DNA of 64,000 nucleotides from Leucoraja erinacea (taxonomy: Eukaryota): positions 10,850,001 through 10,914,000 of the forward strand of contig NC_073399.1 in assembly GCF_028641065.1 (NCBI RefSeq), written 5' to 3'. Position numbers and translations under genes: made by a program. Below are positions 12,351 to 23,445 of this stretch, piece after piece. Within the stretch, counting starts at the first letter, position 1. Each line of letters opens with the position of its first letter. The notes under the pieces are model-generated. The model searched no databases, had not been told where the DNA came from, and was given only the letters and a program-made list of their open reading frames with translations.

Positions 12351-12700
12351 ATCTTATAGAGGTGTACAAAATCATGAGAGGAATAGATGCATAGTCTTTT
12401 GCCCAGAGTAGGGGAATCGAGGACCAGAGGACATAGGTTTAAGGTGAAGGAGAAAAGATTTAATAGGAATCCGAGGCGTAACTTTTTCACACAAAGGGTG
12501 TTGGGTGTATGGAACAAGTTGCCAGAGGAGGAAGTTGAGGCTGGAACTATCCCATCGTTTAAGAAACAGTGAGACAGGTACATGGAGAGGACAGGGTTAG
12601 AGGGAAATGGACCAAGCGCAGGCAAGTGGGACTAGTGTAGCTGGGACATTGTTGGTCGGTGTGGGCGAATTGGGCCAAGGGGCCTATATCACTCTATGAA
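12350..12700 (+). mobile_element. CR1 3' fragment
   Basis: ORF 12387..12572 SRTRGHRFKVK..RNFFTQRV.GVWNKLPEE. Confidence 0.85.
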
Positions 12701-12719
12701 TCTATGAGGAACAATTTAA

Positions 12720-13030
12720 TTTAGTTAATCGATACAGCATGGAAACAGGCCCTTTGGCACACCACGTCCACACCAACTATCGCTCACCTGTTCACACTAC
12801 TTCTAAGTTATCCCACTTTCTCATCCACTCCCTACAACAAAGGGTCAATTTTATTTTTATAGAGGCCAATTAACCTCCAAACACACGTCTCTGGGATGTG
12901 GGAAGAAACTAGAACCTGGGGAAACCTACCCACAGGGAGAACATGGAAACTCCACATAGACAGTACAGCATCCGAGGTCAGAATCGATCCCAGTTCTCTG
13001 ACGATGAGAGGTAGCAGTCCCACTATGCCC
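12720..13030 (-). mobile_element. HE1-type tRNA-derived V-SINE
   Basis: Reverse complement of the SINE family seen at 52226-52585 (B-box GATCGATTC, V-domain, AGGGCCTGTTTCC tail). Confidence 0.8.
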
Positions 13031-13168
13031 CCATAAAGCAAAGCGAAAAGAAATCATATTCCAAAAATATAGACCAAACTGTATGGAAATAGGCAGTTCG
13101 GAACAACTTGTCCATGCCAACCAAATTATCTGAAATTATGAAACTATTTGCTTATTTAGCCATCTTAC

Positions 13169-13369
13169 CTTCCGCTCTGGCTTGTGAGTTTCATGTTCAT
13201 TTGCTCTTTTGGGTGACAGGACTGAATTTTGCATTTCACAAGCATTCTCTGCTTCCTGTAAAGACGCTTCACTCTCACCGGCTGGCTGAATGGTGGACGA
13301 CACCTCCAGATTAACATTCTCTGATGTTAATAAATTTGGAACTTCAGTATTTTCATGAGCTTGTGCCAT
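13169..13369 (-). CDS. RNF213: RNF213 first recognisable coding exon (acceptor at 13371; ATG at 13369 may be the start)
   Basis: cctaaag|GA ATG GCA ... CGG AAG|gtaaga. Open frame MAQAHENTEV...KPERK; phase 0 out fits the 9440 exon. Good Kozak context (GGAATGG) if spliced from the mini-exon. No sequence similarity recognisable (disordered region). Confidence 0.72.
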
Positions 13370-13538
13370 TCCTTTAGGTAATTAAAAGTGAAGAAGTTCA
13401 AAACCAAAAATGAAAATCAGAATTGAAATAAAACTAACTGGTATGCTTTTTTCAAGAAATGCTCCTACAAGGTAGATAAAGGAAGGTAAATAAAGTTCCA
13501 AGGTTGGATGAATTTCTAACATAAACATACATTCTTAC

Positions 13539-13571
13539 CATCTGAATCAATTACACTGTTGACAAGTACTC
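13539..13571 (-). other. RNF213: Candidate 33-nt RNF213 mini-exon (5' UTR or coding GVLVNSVIDSD)
   Basis: aaatcag|GA GTA ... GAT G|gtaaga; strong donor, phase 1/1, in frame with the next exon; weak pyrimidine tract. Confidence 0.5.
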
Positions 13572-14236
13572 CTGATTTCAAATTATTATGTTAAATCAAA
13601 GAATATGGATTGACTTTCTTTTCGCAACCGTTCCTGATGAAATGTAGCCTAAATTGTTGTAGGAAGCAATGGAAGAAATTGCCTATTTGAGGTTGTTGCA
13701 TCTTTCATCGCCATACATTATCTACCAGAAGACTGAAGAGTGGCTGTTATGTCTTTATTTAAAAAGGGCTGCAAGGACAAGCCAGGTTACTATAGGCCAA
13801 GGAAAGACACAAAATGTTGGAGTAATTCAACAGGTCAGGCAGCTACCCTGGAGAACATGGATAGGTGACATTTTGGGTTGAGAGTCTTCATCAGACTTCA
13901 CCTATCCATGTCATCAATGGATACTGCCTAACCCACTGAGTTACTGCAGCATTTTATGCCTTTCCTTGTAAATCTGCAGTTCCTTGGAATTATAAGTCAA
14001 TGAGGCAATCAGTGGTGGGCAATCCACTGGAGGAGATTCTCAAGATCTCTAGGCATTTGGAAAGGCAAGAACTAATTAGGGATAGTAAGCATGGCTTTGT
14101 GCTCAGGGATTTGAGTTGTTCCTGGTGATCCCACCCATAATTCTATATACTTAAGTTGAATCTTCCTTCGGTGTCCTTTTGTCAAAAGAAACAACCCTAG
14201 CTTATTTAGTTTCTCCACATTTTAAAATGATCTGGT

Positions 14237-17003
14237 CAATAGACAATAGGAGTAGGCCATTCGGCCCTTCGAGCCAGCACAGCCATTCAATGTGATCATG
14301 GCTGATCATCCCCAATCAGTACCCCGTTGCTGCCTTCTCCCCATATCCCCTGACTGCGCTATTTTTAAGAGCCCTATCTAGCTCTCTCTTGAAAGCATCC
14401 AGAGAACCTGACTTCACCGCCTTCTGAGGCAGAGAATTCCACCGACTCACCACTCTCTGTGAGAAAAAGTGTTTCCTCGTCTCCGTTCTAAATGGCTTAC
14501 TCCTTATTCTTAAACTGTGGCCTCTGGTTCTGGACTCCCCCAACATCGGGAACATGTTTCCTGCCTCGAGCGTGTCCAAACCCTTAACAATCTTATATGT
14601 TTCAATGAGATCGCCTCTCATCCTTCTAAACTCGAGTGTACAAGCCCAGCTGCTCCATTCTCTCAGCATATGACAGTCCCGCCATCCCGGGAATTAACCT
14701 TGTAAACTGCCACTGCATTCCCTCTATAGCAAGAATGCCCTTCCTCAAATTAGGGGACCAAAACCGCACACAATACTCCAGGTGTGGTCTCACTCGGGCT
14801 CTATACAACTGCAGAAGGATCTCTTTCCTCCTATATTCGATTCCTTTTGTTATAAAGGCCAACATGCCATTCGCTTTCTTCACTGCCTGCTGTACCTGCA
14901 TGCTTACTTTCATAGACTGATTCCCAACTTGACGCCATTTAGATAGTAATCTGCCTTTCTGTTTTTGCTACCAAAGTGGATAACCTCACATTTATCCGCA
15001 TTTAACTTAATCTGCCATGCATATGCCCACTCCCCTAACCTGTCCAAGTCACCCTGCATTCTCATAGCATCCTCCTCACAGTTCACACTGCCACCCAGCT
15101 TTGTGTCATCTGTAAATTTGCTAATGTTATTTTGAATCCCTTCATCCAAATCATTGATGTATATTGTAAATAGCTACGGTCCCAGCACCGAGCCTTGCGG
15201 TACCCCTAAAGTCTCTGCCTGCCATTCTGAAAGGGACCAGTTAATCCCTACTCTTTGTTTCCTGTCTGCCAACCACTTCTCTATCCATGTCAGCACTCTA
15301 CCTCCAATACCATGTGCCCTAATTTTGCCCACTAATCTCCTATGTGGGACCTCAAATGCTTTCTGAAAGTCCAGGTACACTACATCCACTGGCTCTCCCT
15401 TGTCCATTTTCCTAGTTACATCTTCAAAAAATTCCAGAAGATTAGTCAAGCATGATTTCCCCTTCGTAAATCCATGCTGACTCGGACCGATCCTATTACT
15501 GCTATCCAAATGTTCGGCTATCTCATCTTTTATAATTGACCCCAGCACCTATCCCACCACCGATGTCAGGCTAACTTGTCTATAATTCCCAGTTTTCTCT
15601 CTCCCACCTTTCTTAAAAAGTGGGATAACATTAGCTACCCTCCAATCCACAGGAACTGATCTTGAGTCTATAGAACATTGGAAAATTATCACCAATGCAT
15701 CCATGATTTCTAGAGCCACTTCCTTAAGTACCCTGGGATGCAGACCATCAGACCCTGGGGATTTATCAGCCTTCAGTCCCATCAGTCTATCCAACACCAT
15801 TTCCTGCCTAATGTGGATTTCCTTCAGTTCTTCCGTCACCACAGATCCTCTGGCCACTGCTATATCAGGAAGATTGTTTGTGTCCTCCTTAGTGAAGACA
15901 GATCCATAGTACCTGTTCAACTTATCTGCCATTTCCTTGTTCCCCATAATAAATTCACCTTTTTCGGTCTTCATGGGTCCAACTTTGGTCTTAACTATTT
16001 TTTTCCTCTTCACATACCTAAAGAAGCTTTTACTATCCTGCTTTATATTCTTGGCTAGCTTACCTTCGTACCTCATCTTTTCTCTCCGTATTGTCTTTTT
16101 GGTTATCTTCTGTTCTTTAAACATTACCCAATCCTCTTGCTTCCCGCTCATCTTTGCTATGTTGTAATTCTTTGCTTTAATTTTTATACTGTCCCTGGCG
16201 TCCCTTTCTCCCCTTGGAATCTTTCTTCCTCCTAGGAATGAACTGATCCTGCACCTTCTGTATTATTCCTAGAAACACCTGCCATTTTTGTTCCACTGTC
16301 ATTCCTGCTAGTGTATCTTTCCAGTCAACTTTGAGCAACTCCTCCCTCATGGCCCCATAGTCCCCTTTATTCAACTGCAACACTGACACCTCCGATCTAC
16401 TCTTCTCCCTCTCCAATTGTAGATTAAACATGACCATGTTATGGTCACTGCCTCCTAATGGCTCTTTAACTGCGAGGTCCTTTATCAAATCCGGTTCATT
16501 ACATAACACTAAATCCAGAATTGCCTCCTCCCTGGTAGGCTCCAATACAAGTTGTTCTAAGAATTCATCACAAAGGCACTCTACAAAGTCCCTTTCGTGG
16601 GGTCCAGTACCAACCTGATTTTCCCAGTCTACCTAAATGATGAAATCTCCCATAACAACCACAGCATTGCTTTTGCTACATGCCAATTTTAACTCCTGAT
16701 TCAACTTGCACCCTATGTCCAGGCTACTGTTTGGGGGCCTGTAGATTAGTCCCATTAGGGTCTTTTTACCCTTACAATTTCTTAGTTCTATCCATACTGA
16801 CTCCACATCTCCTGTTTCAATGTCAACCCTTGCAAGGGACTGAATTTAATTCCTCACCAGCAGGGCAACCCCACCCCCTCTCCCCACCTGTCTGTCTTTT
16901 CGATAGGTGGTATATGCTTGAATATTCAGTTCCCAGCCCTGGCCCTCTTGCAGCCATGTCTCAGTAGTTCCCAGCCCTGGCCCTATTGAAGCCATGTCTC
17001 AGT
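14237..17003 (-). mobile_element. CR1 LINE, long decayed copy (endonuclease C-terminal part, RT, 3' UTR) with internal deletions
   Basis: ORFs: PTREEAILDLVL..LGGSDHN (APE endonuclease), [56 protein letters not shown]; CAATAGA tail at the low-coordinate end. Confidence 0.93.
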
Positions 17004-17594
17004 ACTTTTACCTCCCTGCACTCTACTTTGTTAAGGTAGCTTATGTTACTGTGACAATCATACCATATACCGTACTATAGCTTCTAACAATGGCCAGTTT
17101 CAAATAGTTGTAACCCGATCTACCTACGTCCCAGCTAAGAAACACAAGTATCTTGATGCATTCTTTAGCATCTTAGTTTGATATTTTCAGAATGTCTGAG
17201 ATCCTTTCCATTTCCGATATATCGTTTCTTGCTCACTATTTCTGTTTATTTTTGCTCACCATCACCTCACACTTTCCTGCATTGTGCTATTTGGACAATA
17301 ACCACCTCCCCACATTGTTTATCATATTTATAAATGACATTAATGGAGGCCACTCATCCTTTAACTCTATACCAGCCTTCAGAGGATTTACATCATGTGT
17401 AGGAAAGAACTGCAGATGCTGGTTTAAATCAAAGGTAGACACAAAATGTTGGAGTAACTCAGCGGGTCAGGCAGCATCTCTGGAAAGAAGGAATGTGTGA
17501 CGTTTCGGATCGAGACCCTTCTTTCTTCAGTTCCATTCACCACACATTTCCCTATAACCTTTCCTCTTCCACAGGCCCTTCAAGGGTGAGAGTG

Positions 17595-18480
17595 GACAGA
17601 GAGGTGGAGGATAGGAAATTGAAAGAGAGGGGAAAGAAAGGGAAGAGAAAGTGATATGGAAAGGAGGTGAGGAAGAAGAGGGAGGAGGGAATGGGGTTGG
17701 GAAAGGAGGTGGCGGAGGGAATTGAGATAGAATAGAGAGGAAAAGAAAATGAAGGGGGTGAGAACGTGATGGGGAAGAAGAGGTGGTGGGGATGGGGAGG
17801 AGGTAATGGAGAGGGGGAGGGGGTGATTGGGAAGAGGTGATAGGGAGGGAAGAGGGAAAATGAAGTAGATGGCGGGGGGAGGAAAGACAAGGGATAGCGA
17901 GTGGAAAGAAAATGAGGGGGGAAGTGAAGGGGAGTTGGGGGAAAAGGAGGAGGTGGAGGAAGGAGTTGGGGAGGGGGAGGTTGGGACCAACGCGCTGAGG
18001 TGACGAGCGGCCGCCGGGCAAGAGCCGTGGCGCGAGCACTGACAGCGCGGCGTCGTCACGCGCGCCAACGGCCGGCGGGGAGAGCGCGCGGCTGAGGGAG
18101 GGATGGAGGCCGCTGCTCGAGCGCCGCGGGATGCGGACACGGTCTCCCTCTCTCTCTCTCACACATAAACACGCACTTCCCCACTCCTCCCCTTCTCTCT
18201 TCTGCCATCCCTTCTTCCACCTGCCAACTCTCCCTCTTTCGTCATCCCTTTCTCCTTCTTTTCTGACTCTCCCCCAACCCATCCTCCTCCGCCATCCCCT
18301 CTCCCTCCCATCCCTTTTCCCTCTCTCACCCCCCCTTTCCCTCCTCTCTCCCCCTTTCCCTCCTCTCTCCCCCCATCCCCTCCTCTCTCCCCCTTTCCCT
18401 CCTCTCTCTCGCCCCCCTTTCCCTCCTCTCTCTCGCCCCCCCTTTCCCTCCTCTCTCTCGCCCCCCCTTTCCCTCCCTCC
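17595..18480. repeat. Polypurine tract / CpG-rich core / polypyrimidine minisatellite
   Basis: 17595-17985 almost only G/A; 17985-18140 very CpG-rich; 18140-18480 C/T-rich with ~24-bp CCCCTTTCCCTCCTCTCTCTCGCC-like units. Confidence 0.85.
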
Positions 18481-18586
18481 AGCTCCTATCCGCAAGAGAC
18501 CGCAACGCTGTTTTTATGTCGCAGCAATCCGTGTTTACAAAACAGTCGGGGGAAGAAAGCTGGATGAAATAAACGTGGCAACTGAC

Positions 18587-18720
18587 CTTGGACTGTCCCG
18601 GGGGAGCCGGGCCTGGGCTCCGGCCCCTGCGGGCGTCGGGTTGCAGGAGGACGTCGCAGCCTCCGCCGTGTCCCGGAGACCACTCTCTCACCGCCGATGC
18701 TCCGCTCTGCTCTGCTGCAT
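18587..18720 (-). other. RNF213: Probable non-coding exon 1 of RNF213 within a CpG island
   Basis: GC/CpG-rich segment immediately downstream of the IRF/STAT motif cluster, ending in donor CCAAG|gtcagt; TSS position is a guess. Confidence 0.5.
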
Positions 18721-18728
18721 CGGGTGTT

Positions 18729-18827
18729 ACTTTCGTTTTTATTACTCCCAGGTCCAAATCTTACTTTCAGTTTTGAATTTCCGAGAAACCCGATTTGGAG
18801 TTTGCATCTTGGTTGGGTTTCGGTTCC
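18729..18827 (-). promoter_or_regulatory. Interferon-responsive promoter motif cluster (two IRF-E/ISRE-like, GAS, EICE) of RNF213
   Basis: Minus-strand AAAACGAAAGT (18729-18739), AAAACTGAAAGT (18763-18774) and GGAACCGAAA (18818-18827), plus TTCCGAGAA (18779-18787), all within 100 bp upstream of the CpG exon. Confidence 0.7.
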
Positions 18828-20204
18828 GTAAATTCTGCCATTGCAACTTGAACGACGAAGGCAGCATCGTTTAAAATTCTACAGACATGATATCTCGAGT
18901 AAAACACAAAGTGTTGGTGTAACAGCAGGACATCTCCATTTCAATGACAACTATGACATTTCACTCTCACAATACTTGATGAAATATAGCCACGCAGCAG
19001 AGAAACGGGCCCAACTTGCCTATGCTGACCAAGATGTCCCATCCACGTTAGTCCCACCTGCCCGCATTTGGGTCAATGAAACGTCACCTATTCCGTCTCT
19101 CCAGAGATGCTGCATGTCCTGCTGAGTTACTCCAGCTTTTTGTATGTATCTTTGGTTGAAACCAGCATCTGCAGTTCCTTCCTACTTGCCTTCATCAGTC
19201 AGGGTATTGAGTAAGAGTGTCTACCTTTCTCCAAGGGTCAACAACCAGGGAAATATAATGAAGATGGCAAAAGTGAGGAGGTGAAAACTTTTTGCACAAT
19301 GATTTAATAGAACCTGAAGGCATTGTCCAGAGGAATGGTATGGTAGCAGAATCAATTGTGATGTTCATTAAAAGGTTCTTTAATTGCTCTTGCTTGTTGC
19401 CTGCAGTGAGCCAAACATCTTGATATTTTCTGTAAATCATTCTTCAGAATAGAGCTCTGGGAAGCACATAAATTGAACATCTAATTGAACATAGCAAAAT
19501 AATACAAAGTGCCGGAGTAACTCAGCAGGTCTGGCAGCATCTCTGGAGATAGGCGATGTTTCGGGTTGAGACTCATCTTTAGACGTGGTAACCAGCATCT
19601 GCAGTTCTTTGTTCCTACAGCAAAATAATGCCTTTGTTTTTTAGTTAGAAACCCTTTGGGAGCTGAAATCTTGTCAACAATGGAGCATTGCAAGCAAGTG
19701 GTTATTCCCAATGTGACATTCATCAATGATGTTGCCATTGTAAATCTGTTTTGAAACCTTTCCATTTATCGTAAAATGATTTCTTATATAAAGTTCGGGA
19801 AAGAGAAAGACTTCAGGAAACCAAAACTGCTAAATTAGTTGTTATGCTCTGAGTCATGGGGAAGAATCATTGAAATCTAATTGTTTAATTATTTGAATGG
19901 AAATTATTCACCAATTGACAGGTTACAGGAAAGAAGTGAAGGCCTTCAGTTTGCAGAGGATGTTTACAAGCTTTTGCCAGAACTGAAAATTGTAGCCGTG
20001 CAGAAAGATTGGATAAGGCACGGTTGTTTCCTTTGCTTGACCTGCTGAGTCACTCCAGCATTTTGTGTTTAACTGAGGATTCCAACATGCAGTTCCTTGT
20101 GTCTCCATACCTGGATCTCTTTAGCTGACAGGGTGTTGAAGGCAGAACCCCATCTGCTGAGTTACTTGGATGCGTGTCTGAAGGTGCTGTGGAACCAGAT
20201 GCTG

Positions 20205-20520
20205 CGGCACCATTGTCAGAGTGAGGCCCAGCGCAAATTGGAGGAACAGCACCTCATATTTCGCTTGGGCAGTTTACACCCCACCGGTATGAACATTGAC
20301 TTCTCTAACTTCAGAAAGCTCTTGCTTTCTCTCGCCATTCCCTTCACCTTCCCAGTTCTCCTACTAGTCTTACTGTCTCCGACTACATTCTATCTTTGTC
20401 CCGCCCCCTCCCCGACTTCAGTCTGAAGAAGGGTCTCAACCCGAAACGTCGCCCATCCCTTCTCTCCAGAGATGCTGCCTCACCCGCTGAGTTACTCCAG
20501 CATTTTGTGTCTACCTTCAG
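20205..20520 (+). mobile_element. Penelope-like element 3' fragment with intact hammerhead-like core
   Basis: HCQSEAQRKLEEQHLIFRLGSLHPTGMN (PLE GIY-YIG C-terminus) followed by CTGAAGAAGGGTCTCAACCCGAAACGTC at 20423-20450. Confidence 0.85.
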
Positions 20521-20859
20521 AAAAGGTGAAGGTAGTCACAAAATGCTGGAATATCTCAGAGGGTCAGACAGCATCTCTGCAGAAAAAGAATAGGTGACAT
20601 TTCGGGTTGAGGCCCTTCTTCAGACTGAGAATCAGGGTAGAGGGAAATTAGGGGTATGAAAAGGTATTGAACATATCGGAGCTGGCACTGATGACCAACA
20701 AAAGGTGGAGCCCACAATGGTCCATTGTTGGCTGTGGAAAAGGTGACAATGAAGGTGAAGAAGCTGTGGATTTGGGTAGATATGACAATGCTTTGAAGCT
20801 GAGCTAGTCCATTGCTGGGTACTTCTGCCGAGGATTTGAGCTGAGGAGCAAGGAAGTCA

Positions 20860-21295
20860 TGCAGTTGTACAGGGCCCTGGTGAGACCGCACCTGGAGTAT
20901 TGTTGCAATTTTGGTCTCCTAATTTGAGGAAGGACATTATTGTTATTGAGGGAGTGCAGCGTAGGTTTTCCAGGTTAATTCCCGGGATGGCGGGACTGCT
21001 GTATGATGAAAGAATGGGTCGCTGGAATTTAGGTATGAGTGGATATCTTATAGAAACATATAAAATTCTTGGAGGATTGGACAGGGTAGATACAGGAAAA
21101 ATGTTCCCGATGCTGGGGGAGTCCATGGCCCATTGGTATTTTTATGGCCGAGATAGATTCTTGATTAGTACAGGTGTCAGGGGTTATGAGTAGAAGGCAG
21201 GAGAATGGGGTTAGGAGAGAGAGATAGATCAGCCATGATTGAATAGTGCAGTAGACATGATGGGCCGAATGGCCTAATTCTGCTCCTATCACATG
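20860..21295 (+). mobile_element. CR1 3' fragment with deletions
   Basis: LVRPHLEY..QFWSPNLRKDI..IEGVQRRF. Confidence 0.85.
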
Positions 21296-21984
21296 ACATT
21301 GCAATAAAATCTGCAACTTCAGGATTGGCCGCTTCAGCCATCTCAAGATCTACAATAAGGACCCTCCAAGAGATTAATCATACACGAGTGAGTGATATTT
21401 GATGGTGATACATCCAATATGGCTGTTTTATGCCAGAACGTCCAGAGCATCATCTGAGAAATAGTAGAGTTGTTCCTCCCAACATTCATCTTGCACCATT
21501 GTCCCAACCAACATATCTCAAGCAACATTAATAAAAACAAATGTGTTGATCCTTGTCTTACCATGTTTTGCGATGTGCAATTTCACAGCCTTCTAAATAG
21601 AATATTTGATTAGTTATAAAGAATTTGGGACCACCAGAGGTATCTTGATATCAGGCATTGCAGATTTTAAATGAAGAAACTCCAGTTGCTAAATATTGCT
21701 AATAAATGCGTCTGTGCAATCAGAGTGAAACATGGCGTTTCATTGAAACTCCATCAGTATTCTGCTTTTGAGTATTATGATTTTGGAGATGTATCGTGCC
21801 AAAACAACAGGATAAGCCTGTTACTTGCCCAAGGCCGTTGAACTCCCTGTGTGTTAGCATAATCTGGGTGAGGTGCTGGGGAGTCAGTGAATGCTGGTGT
21901 GGGACTCTTTACACAGAGGAGGGTGAGACACCTGCGGGGGAGGGTAGATGAGCCAAGGTGAAAGAGGAAGATTTAAAGAGGAAG

Positions 21985-22121
21985 GTAGACAAAAGTCTAA
22001 AGAAGGGTTTCGGCCCGAAACGTTGCCTATTTCCTTCACTCCATAGATACTGCCGCACCTGCTGAGTTTCTCCAACACCTTTGTCTACCTTCGATTTTCC
22101 AGCATGTGCAGTTACTTCTTA
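21985..22121 (+). mobile_element. Short Penelope-derived insertion with 17-bp TSD
   Basis: AAGATTTAAAGAGGAAG at 21968-21984 and 22122-22138; interior AAGAAGGGTTTCGGCCCGAAACGTT. Confidence 0.8.
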
Positions 22122-22499
22122 AAGATTTAAAGAGGAAGCTGCCAGTCAACAGCTGAAATTTTTCATGTATTGGAATTTCTATGATCATGACCAGAGTGTG
22201 TTCCAAAGCACCGCCACAAATAAAGCACTTTATAATGTTTGAGTGAGACCCTGTTGTGACTAGCACAATAAAGACACGTCCGACACCGATGAGATCTGCG
22301 AGCCCGCTTTATTTCCACCTACAAACAGAAGCATCTAGAAGGTCACTCATTATCAGTGATGAGGCACAGGCAAACTTGGCAGCTTCTTCCCCTGGCCTCA
22401 AGACGGTACTCGCATTTACATGTTTATGACGAATACAAACATTGCATACATTACATACTTTATATGCACTAATATCAATTTCCATGTAGCAAGATCACT

Positions 22500-22905
22500 C
22501 CAGTTATAGAAATGTGAAAACACACACCTCCAGATTCAGGGAGTTTCTTTCCAGCTGTTATCAGGCAACTGAACCATCCACCACAAGTAGAGAGCTGTCC
22601 TGAACTATCTACCACATTGGAGACCCTCGGCCTATCTATGATCGGACTTAGTTGGCTTTACCTTACACTAAACATTATTCCCTTATTATGTATCTATACA
22701 CTATAAATGGCTCGATTGTAATCATGTATTGTTTCTCCGCTGATAGACACAAAAAACTGGAGTAACTAAGCGGGTCAGATATCATCTCTGGAGAAAAGGA
22801 ATAGGTGACGTTTTGGGTTGAGTCTTCAGTCTTTCCACTGACTGGTTAGCACGTAACAAAAACTTTTCACTGTACCTCGGTACACATGACAATAAACTAA
22901 ACTGA
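22500..22905 (+). mobile_element. Rex1/Babar-type LINE 3' end interrupted by a Penelope-derived repeat
   Basis: AGATTCAGGGA..TTCTTTCCAGCTGTTATCAGGCAACTGAAC (SFFPAVIRQLN-like); 3' TGTACC-GGTACA stem, GACAATAAA and short-repeat tail. Confidence 0.65.
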
Positions 22906-23174
22906 AACAAGAAATAATGTACCTGCTCCTCATGGCTACACAGGTCTCGACCCGAAACGTCACCTATTCCTTTTCTCCACAGATGCTACCTGACCCGCCC
23001 AGTTACTCTAGCTTTTTGTGTCTATCTACACTAAAAAAGACATTAGGTCTCACCCTTGATGCAACTGGTTAGTTTCATATGCAACTCAAGTTCACCTTGT
23101 GGGAGGGGAATGGCATGCTGTGCATTTTTGAGCATGCTCAGGCAATGGTGATTGGCACCCATTTACTGGTAGAT

Positions 23175-23445
23175 CTTTTTACAAACATATTTTATATTTA
23201 GAATAAAACATACAAAGCAAACCTGTGCAAAAATGATTCATACATTCTCAGTATCATACTTAGTGGTATTCGCACCAGCATTTGAGCAAAACACCCTTGC
23301 CCCTTCCCTTGCTTGAGGGGGGTCCCAACTGGACTTCAATGTCCACCAGCAGAAAGACCCTAGACTAGGGTTCTCCCCCACAGAGCCTTGGCGTTGGCTG
23401 CACCAAGCTTTGGTGTGTCTGTCACCACATACTGCTGCAGTCTCT
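23175..23445 (-). mobile_element. Tx1/L1-clade LINE 3' end
   Basis: Minus frame RLQQYVVTDTPKLGAANAKALWGRTLV* resembles Tx1-like ORF2 C-termini; followed by an AT-rich UTR and short A tract. Confidence 0.55.

Noticed and set aside
17527-18874. Long overlapping ORFs (322, 247 and 186 aa)
   Set aside because: Products of stop-poor GA/CT low-complexity DNA; no domain signal.
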